From NCBI GenBank assembly GCA_046331685.1, contig JAXLQI010000007.1, positions 1,862-65,861 on the forward strand: a stretch of DNA of 64,000 nt, written 5' to 3'. Both the position numbers and the translations under genes were made by a program. Below are positions 58,523-64,000 of the stretch, piece after piece (the first letter of the stretch is position 1; each line of letters opens with the position of its first letter). Below the pieces are notes generated by a model. That model was given only the letters and a program-made list of their open reading frames with translations. It searched no databases and was not told the origin of the DNA. This DNA comes from Candidatus Micrarchaeia archaeon. Its GTDB lineage: Archaea > Micrarchaeota > Micrarchaeia > Anstonellales > Bilamarchaeaceae.

Positions 58523-58915
58523 ATGGAAGACCGGACCATCGAGGAGTATTGCCGCGCGATCGACAAGTCCGATCCCGGGGGAGGCGCGAGGTCCACCGAC
58601 ATCGCGAAAGCGCTTCGCCTCTCCAAGAACACCGTCGCGCTCACCCTGAAGAAGCTCGCGCTCGCCGGGTATATCGAGATGGAGCGCTACGGGCGGGTGA
58701 GGCTTGCCCGCAAGGGGCTGGATGTCGCTAAGAAGATGAACTTCAGGCACCGCGTGATCGAGACTTTCCTATTCTCTGAGCTGAAGATGGACAGCAGGAG
58801 CGTCCATGAAGAAGCGAACGCGATGGAACACTGGGTAAGCGATGAGCTGGTCAGACGGCTATATACTTACATCGGCAAGCCGCAGAAGGATCCGCACGGA
58901 AGGCAGATCGCATAG
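58523..58915 (+). CDS. DtxR/MntR-family metal-dependent transcriptional regulator
   Basis: MEDRTIEEYCRAIDK (DtxR-like N-terminus) with HTH STDIAKALRLSKNTVALTLKKL. TTAATAAAT lies upstream. Placed immediately upstream of the NRAMP gene. Confidence 0.65.
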   Translation: MEDRTIEEYCRAIDKSDPGGGARSTDIAKALRLSKNTVALTLKKLALAGYIEMERYGRVRLARKGLDVAKKMNFRHRVIETFLFSELKMDSRSVHEEANAMEHWVSDELVRRLYTYIGKPQKDPHGRQIA

Positions 58916-58925
58916 GAGGATCCTT

Positions 58926-60188
58926 ATGCCGATACAAAGCGTCAGGGATGTGTTCGAAGCAGCCAGGCATATCGCCGACCGGAGGTTCTGGGCTTTCTTC
59001 GGGACAGGGCTCATAGTCAGCGTCGCCTACATGGATCCGGGCAACTGGGGGACGTCCATCAGCGGCGGCGCCACATTCAATTACGACCTGCTCTGGGTGG
59101 TCTGGCTGTCGAGCATCATGGCGATGCTTTTCCAGTACCTTTCAGGGAAGGTCGGCATCGCGGGATACTCGCTTGCCGAGATAATCAAGATCAGGTGGAA
59201 GAGCAAGGCGGCGGTTTTGGCCTACTGGCTGCTCGCCGAGGTCGCGATAATAGCGACAGACCTGGCAGAATTCCTCGGCATCGTGGTCGCCCTCAACCTG
59301 CTTTTCGGGATACCTATGTTGATAGGCACATTCATCGCCATCGCCGACGTGCTCCTCCTGCTCCTGCTCGCGAGCAGGACTTTCCGGGCGATCGAATACG
59401 CCTTCATAGTGTTCGTCTCGGTGATCGGGATCGGATACATATATGAGCTCATCATCACCAAGCCGGATGTCGGAGCTATAGCGGCCCATTCGGTAACGCC
59501 GATCCTCAACGCTGAGACCATCCTCCTCGCCGTCGGGATAATTGGGGCCACCGTGATGCCCCATGCCCTGTTCGTGCATTCATGGCTGCTCAAGAACAAG
59601 ATGGCCGAGAGCCGGATCGACCGGAAGACCGCCCTGAAGTTCCATATAATCGACAACGTGCTCTCGCTTTTCGTCGCCGGGCTCATCAACGCGGCGATCC
59701 TGATAATGGCTGCGGCCGCATTCTTCAGCTCCGGGATAAAAGTCGCGACGATCGAGGAGGCCCATCACACCCTCACCCCGCTGTTCGGCAGCCTCGCATC
59801 GGTCGTGTTCGCGGTGGCGCTCCTTTCGGCCGGCATCTCATCCTCGATAACCGGGACATTCGCGGGCCAGAGCATCATGGAAGCGCTGACCGATTTCAAG
59901 CTGAGCCCCCTCGTGAGGAGGCTGATAACGCGGGGCATAAACGTCATACCGCTCCTTGTCGCCATCATCCTAGGCCTCGAGCCGCTCGACCTGCTGGTAT
60001 ACAGCCAGGTCGCGCTCAGCCTGCTCATCCCCCTGCCCCTCCTTCCTTTGATTTATTACAGCGCGGACCGCACGATAATGGGGGATCTCGCTAGCCGGAG
60101 GATCACCACGATAGCGGCTTCGCTTTTCGCTCTCCTGATCCTCTCTTTCAACGCGTATCTGATATATGCGACGCTCGGAGGCCATTAG
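58926..60188 (+). CDS. mntH: NRAMP-family divalent metal (Mn2+/Fe2+) transporter
   Basis: AYMDPGNWGTSI. ~11 TM. GGAGGA ribosome-binding site 6 nt upstream of the ATG at 58926. Confidence 0.85.
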   Translation: MPIQSVRDVFEAARHIADRRFWAFFGTGLIVSVAYMDPGNWGTSISGGATFNYDLLWVVWLSSIMAMLFQYLSGKVGIAGYSLAEIIKIRWKSKAAVLAYWLLAEVAIIATDLAEFLGIVVALNLLFGIPMLIGTFIAIADVLLLLLLASRTFRAIEYAFIVFVSVIGIGYIYELIITKPDVGAIAAHSVTPILNAETILLAVGIIGATVMPHALFVHSWLLKNKMAESRIDRKTALKFHIIDNVLSLFVAGLINAAILIMAAAAFFSSGIKVATIEEAHHTLTPLFGSLASVVFAVALLSAGISSSITGTFAGQSIMEALTDFKLSPLVRRLITRGINVIPLLVAIILGLEPLDLLVYSQVALSLLIPLPLLPLIYYSADRTIMGDLASRRITTIAASLFALLILSFNAYLIYATLGGH

Positions 60189-60748
60189 GGCGACATCGAA
60201 AGGATCTCTGAAAGATGCCCTCTCGCGGCCTCAGAAGTGACATTAGGGCTCTCCAGCAGCTCCCTGGCCTGGGATGACATGATATCGAGCCTGGTCTTAG
60301 CCACAGACCATGAGAAGAGACGGCCAGCCCAGGGACCGACGAAGAGAGGGATCGCCACCACCCCCGGGACCCCGGCAGCGACCAATGCGAGGGAGATCCC
60401 GCTTATCAGGATCCTGGTCTTCCTGCCATCGCCTCCGTTCACTGTCCGGAAGTCTTCCTTGAACTTCTGGAGGAACCTGAAGCAAAGGGCGTCCTGAGCT
60501 TCGTCCGAGAGGATCGTCCCCCGGTAAGGCCCTGATGGGGGGTCTATCCTCATCAGGAGACGGAATATATCATCGAAAGATATGGCTGGAGGGATCCCGG
60601 AAGCGGGTATCTGGGGAGCGTCCTGGGCCGCTTTAGGGGCCGGGGCCCTCGGAAGTTCGTCGGCGAGAGGCTGGGCACGGAAGGCGCTCCTCTCCCTCCC
60701 GTAGAGATAGAGCTGGGCCCGGATCATCGATTCTATATGGGAAGCCAT
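60185..60748 (-). CDS. Hypothetical protein
   Basis: ORF only. An alternative overlapping ORF exists on the plus strand. Confidence 0.25.
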   Translation of the reverse strand: MASHIESMIRAQLYLYGRERSAFRAQPLADELPRAPAPKAAQDAPQIPASGIPPAISFDDIFRLLMRIDPPSGPYRGTILSDEAQDALCFRFLQKFKEDFRTVNGGDGRKTRILISGISLALVAAGVPGVVAIPLFVGPWAGRLFSWSVAKTRLDIMSSQARELLESPNVTSEAARGHLSEILSMSP

Positions 60749-60773
60749 TACATTTTGATATTGATACTACAAC

Positions 60774-61274
60774 TTAAAAACTCCACTCTCCGGCCTTCCG
60801 GAGGAGGAAAGGGATGCATCGGGACCGTTTCTCAGGGCCTGCGTTCCATTCCTTCACTATCGCCTTATACGCCTCGAGCTCGCGCACAAGCGGGTCTTTC
60901 CTGATGTCCGGCCCTTTGAGCCTGAAGATGATCTGCGATGGAAGAGGGCAGAAGCGCGCATTGAGCCGGTCGTCGAGCTGGTATGGATAGCGGCGGCAGG
61001 ACATCGGGGCCGAGCTGTGGATCGTGCAGAGATTGTCTTTCCCGAGGAAGATGCACGGGTGGCTCCTGAAACCGAGGATATAGACCCAGTTGTCATCCTC
61101 CATCTCGAGGGTGGTGTCAGGGTCGTAGCTCAGGAGGCGGGCCTGGTGGAGGACGGCGAAATCCTGGTATGGCCTGCCAGTGGATCCCATGATGCGCAGG
61201 ACATCGAATGCCGTGACCGTTATCGTGTAGGTCTTGCAGCAGTGGGCCGGGCAGAGAGAGCAGGGATTGGCCAC
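60774..61274 (-). CDS. YkgJ/UPF0153-like Cys-rich (CxxCxxxCC) putative metal-binding protein
   Basis: CSLCPAHCC near the N-terminus plus further Cys (CIFLGKDNLC, CRRYP). Start tentatively placed at GTG 61274. Confidence 0.4.
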   Translation of the reverse strand: MANPCSLCPAHCCKTYTITVTAFDVLRIMGSTGRPYQDFAVLHQARLLSYDPDTTLEMEDDNWVYILGFRSHPCIFLGKDNLCTIHSSAPMSCRRYPYQLDDRLNARFCPLPSQIIFRLKGPDIRKDPLVRELEAYKAIVKEWNAGPEKRSRCIPFLLRKAGEWSF

Positions 61275-61287
61275 TTGCGCCCCTCGT

Positions 61288-61662
61288 TCAGCCTGTGCGC
61301 CTGAGCCCTTCGGCCATGGGGAATTTGTTGACTCCGAGCCGGAGTTCGCGCAGGTTGCAGAGGGCGTCATTAAGCTCCTCGACACGCGGATCGCTCCGAT
61401 TCCCCCCCAGATAGAGCTTAAGGGCAGTCTCGAGATCGGCGAGCGCCATCCTCTCCATGCCTTTCTTGGCCCTGGAGTCGTTGACGATCGCGAGGAGATC
61501 CGTGATCGCCTTCTGCGATCCCCCCCAGGGCACATGATCGCGGGAAGCGCTCCGGATCCGTTCGAGCAGAGACTGCCTCTCCACTATCTGCATGTCCTTG
61601 ATCCCCAGACGCATCAGGAGGATGCCGGAGATCCTCTCATAATCCTTCGAACGATAATTCAT
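61288..61662 (-). CDS. Hypothetical protein
   Basis: 124-aa ORF upstream of and slightly overlapping the YkgJ-like gene. Confidence 0.3.
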   Translation of the reverse strand: MNYRSKDYERISGILLMRLGIKDMQIVERQSLLERIRSASRDHVPWGGSQKAITDLLAIVNDSRAKKGMERMALADLETALKLYLGGNRSDPRVEELNDALCNLRELRLGVNKFPMAEGLRRTG

Positions 61663-63095
61663 CCACCCAACCCCCTTATCTGCCTGACGTATCTCTCGAA
61701 CTCCTTGAACATATGGACGTCCGTGTATGAAGCGAAATAGTCCTTGAGGCCGCTGCGGTCATATGCGGTCTTCCTCTCCGCCCCCCGTATCCCGCTTATC
61801 AATTTGTCCACGATAGTGTTTTTATCGCTTGGCGTGACAAGCCTGCCGAGCCGTTTATCGACTATTATCTCCGGTATCCCTCCCACCGAGGTGGCGATCA
61901 CATAAGCCCCACCGAAGACCCCTTCGAGCACAGAAAGGCCGAACGCCTCGCTCCGCGACGGATGGAGATAGATGTCAGATATGGTCTGCACCGGCGTGTT
62001 CGTCATGCCTCCGTAGAGCTTCCTGAAAAGCGGGTCCGCTAGGGCCCTCTCGAGGCCTCTGCGCGAAGCGTACTGGCCGAGGATGGCCGAGACGTCCTCA
62101 CGGAAACGCGGGTCCCCGCGGGTGTATTTCGAGATGTCGAGCACAACCTTCAGCCTTCCCTCCGTGATGAGCCTTTTCATGCGGAGAAGGCCCTTGAAGG
62201 GCTTCGACGCCTGGTCCACATTGAGGACGTGGGAGGTGCCGATGACGAAACCGACCCGGTCGTTCTGCGGATCCCTGCTGCCTTCGAAGTATTCCAGGAC
62301 CTTGACGAGATAATCGCTGCCTTTGAGGCGGTCCATCCTTCCGACGAACGAAACGACCTTCTCGAGCGCCCCGTCGAGCCCGAGCTCTCCCCGGGCCTTC
62401 GCTATCTCGGTCTCGTCCTTGATGTTGTAGATATGGGGATCGATGCCGTTGCGGACGACGAACGAGCGGGCCGGATCCAGGCCGACCTCCCGGCCCTGGT
62501 CCATGAAGCTCAGGCTGACGAAATTATCCCGCACAGCCTTGCTGACGCCGATTATCCCGTCGGAAGCTTTGGCCATGGCGATATGGAACCGTGAGAAGGA
62601 CGGGTCCTCCGGGCTGTGGTAGTGGCTATCCGCATCGGTGTGCAGGTAGAAGATTATCGAGGAATGCCTGTCGAGGCCGGTCCTCTCCAGCGTGGAGCGG
62701 AGCTCGTAGGCGAACTGCGTGTCCGTGGTGACCGGGAAGTGGAAGACGAGGTTGCTGTGATAGCCTTCGTCGGCCATCTGGCGCACCAGCCCGGTCACGG
62801 ACTCCATGGCCTCCAGGCCGTAGCTGAACCTGAGCTCGGCATTGAAGCGGTCCCTGCAGAGCGCCTGGGCCTTGGGGCCGAGGAGCGGTTCCGTCATCGG
62901 GTCCCCTGCATCGCGGAGGAAGACGAAGTTTTTCCGGTCCTTCTCGAAACGGGAGGCGGCGGTGAGGTTGCCTATGACGAAAGTCTGCCCGAAGAAGATC
63001 GGATTGAGGGGGAACGGGAAGCGGCTCGCGAAGTGCATGTATGCCGACTTCTGGCCGCTCTGGTCTTTCTGCATGGGGGTCGCCTGCATGAACAT
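61659..63095 (-). CDS. Glycosyltransferase family 4 (GT-B, GT1 clan)
   Basis: C-terminal EAFGLSVLEGVFGGAYVIATSVGGIPEII motif. The true start may be the internal Met at ~63038. Confidence 0.7.
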   Translation of the reverse strand: MFMQATPMQKDQSGQKSAYMHFASRFPFPLNPIFFGQTFVIGNLTAASRFEKDRKNFVFLRDAGDPMTEPLLGPKAQALCRDRFNAELRFSYGLEAMESVTGLVRQMADEGYHSNLVFHFPVTTDTQFAYELRSTLERTGLDRHSSIIFYLHTDADSHYHSPEDPSFSRFHIAMAKASDGIIGVSKAVRDNFVSLSFMDQGREVGLDPARSFVVRNGIDPHIYNIKDETEIAKARGELGLDGALEKVVSFVGRMDRLKGSDYLVKVLEYFEGSRDPQNDRVGFVIGTSHVLNVDQASKPFKGLLRMKRLITEGRLKVVLDISKYTRGDPRFREDVSAILGQYASRRGLERALADPLFRKLYGGMTNTPVQTISDIYLHPSRSEAFGLSVLEGVFGGAYVIATSVGGIPEIIVDKRLGRLVTPSDKNTIVDKLISGIRGAERKTAYDRSGLKDYFASYTDVHMFKEFERYVRQIRGLGG

Positions 63096-63280
63096 ATTGC
63101 GCCGAACCTATTTATATATCTTACACATTTATCCATAAAAAGCAATTTCCACATGATTTCCCTGTTTTCCTGGGCAAACCTGCCCCGGCATGGGCGTCCA
63201 AGGTGAAATAAACATCAAAACAAGGGGATCGGTGTTCAAAGCCAGCGTCCCTGTGAGAGAGGCTGGATTGTTTTGGCTGA

Positions 63281-64000
63281 TCATGCCTTCTTTTTCCTGA
63301 TGAGCTCCGATACTTCAGCCGGATCGGCCTGGAGACGGTATTTCTGCATGATGGCCTTCATGTCATAACCGCTCTCCTCCACGATCCGCTCGAGCTCAGG
63401 CCCTTTGATCCTCTGGAGCCTGAAGACCTTCAGGACAGCCTCGGCCCGGGCGCCTTTGGCCATGCCTTTCAGGACATCCGGCATCGCGGCTTTCACGAAC
63501 GAGCCTTTGTTGAACTCCCCGAACAGCTCGGCGAGGGTCTTCTCAAGATCGGCGAACTCGACGCCTTCCCTGCGCAGGGAAACGATCGTGTCCTCGATCG
63601 TGGTAGCGGCGAGCATAGGATCGGCTCCGCCTTTGACAAGCCTCTCGAAGAGGTGGAGGTGGCGTGACCTGAGGATGCGTCCGGCCATCTCCCTGTTGAG
63701 CATCTTCTCGAGCCTGCCTTTCTTCTCATCGAGCGACTCGGCCTTCTCTACCGAACCTAGGAGCTCCTTTGTGATCCCGATCGGGGGGACATCGGTCTCG
63801 GGGTAGAGCCGCGCACGGCCCGGGAGGGGGCGCATATAGCTCGATGTGCCGTCCGGATTGGCTTTGCGCGTCTCCGGGGGGACGAAATCCATGTTCGCCC
63901 GGTGGATCACGTATTCGATGGCCTTCTGGGCCTGCTCCTTCGGTGCCACGATGATGACGAACGCGTCGTCCTTGCCGAGGGCGAGCTCGTGGGCGAGCGA
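63281..64000 (-). CDS. Glu-tRNA(Gln) amidotransferase subunit E/B family (GatE/GatB), C-terminal part; 5' end outside window
   Basis: YMRPLPGRARLYPETDVPPI motif and a C-terminal GatB/YqeY-like helical domain. The ORF-track 'M' is a GTG; the frame continues open to the window edge. Confidence 0.55.
   Translation of the reverse strand, partial: SLAHELALGKDDAFVIIVAPKEQAQKAIEYVIHRANMDFVPPETRKANPDGTSSYMRPLPGRARLYPETDVPPIGITKELLGSVEKAESLDEKKGRLEKMLNREMAGRILRSRHLHLFERLVKGGADPMLAATTIEDTIVSLRREGVEFADLEKTLAELFGEFNKGSFVKAAMPDVLKGMAKGARAEAVLKVFRLQRIKGPELERIVEESGYDMKAIMQKYRLQADPAEVSELIRKKKA

Overview
This window is a GC-rich (~60%) archaeal chromosomal segment, probably euryarchaeal. Supporting signs are a PGF-CTERM-type C-terminal anchor, ether-lipid genes (GGGP synthase, geranylgeranyl reductase), class I CCA-adding enzyme, Pus10, RpoK, aCPSF2-type beta-CASP RNase, a family-B DNA polymerase, gyrase A/B, GGAGG ribosome-binding sites and frequent ATGA/GTGA stop-start overlaps. 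I could not run any searches or gene-calling tools, so every call below rests on motifs I can read in the ORF translations and the raw sequence.

Housekeeping genes I can support from motifs: dcd, polB (exonuclease and polymerase motifs), gyrB/gyrA, purD, pyrE, PfkB kinase, class-V aminotransferase, two tandem CPYC glutaredoxins, CcdA plus a TlpA-like thioredoxin, a 2-TM K+ channel, a CDF transporter, a DtxR-like regulator with NRAMP (mntH), a CapA-like protein, a GT4 glycosyltransferase, a partial GatE/GatB at the window end and a tRNA-Gly(GCC).

The most unusual region is a co-directional minus-strand block at 31.7-44.8 kb. It encodes a HerA/FtsK/VirB4-like ATPase, a 1200-aa parallel beta-helix surface protein with a very Cys-rich stalk, and a set of membrane proteins: a 6-TM heavily N-glycosylated protein and 2-TM proteins of 280 and 70 aa. 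Upstream sit CcdA, a thioredoxin-like protein, a Yip1-like membrane protein and a tightly coupled K+ channel - E1(ThiF) - 96-aa - PHP cassette. On the downstream side it is separated from a putative winged-helix gene by a 76-bp tandem repeat carrying perfect 16-bp palindromes and duplicated GGAGG motifs. I read this block as a candidate uncharacterised envelope/DNA-translocation (Ced/T4SS-like) or adhesion module.

Other oddities: a protein made of three tandem excisionase-type HTH repeats in an AT-rich island just upstream of polB; a 936-aa protein built from three separate repeat families; a protein with a histone-H1-like K/R/P-rich tail; two translationally coupled cupredoxin lipoprotein paralogs; an orphan NurA-like nuclease; and three plausible sub-60-aa genes missed by the ORF track (rpoK plus two small ORFs).
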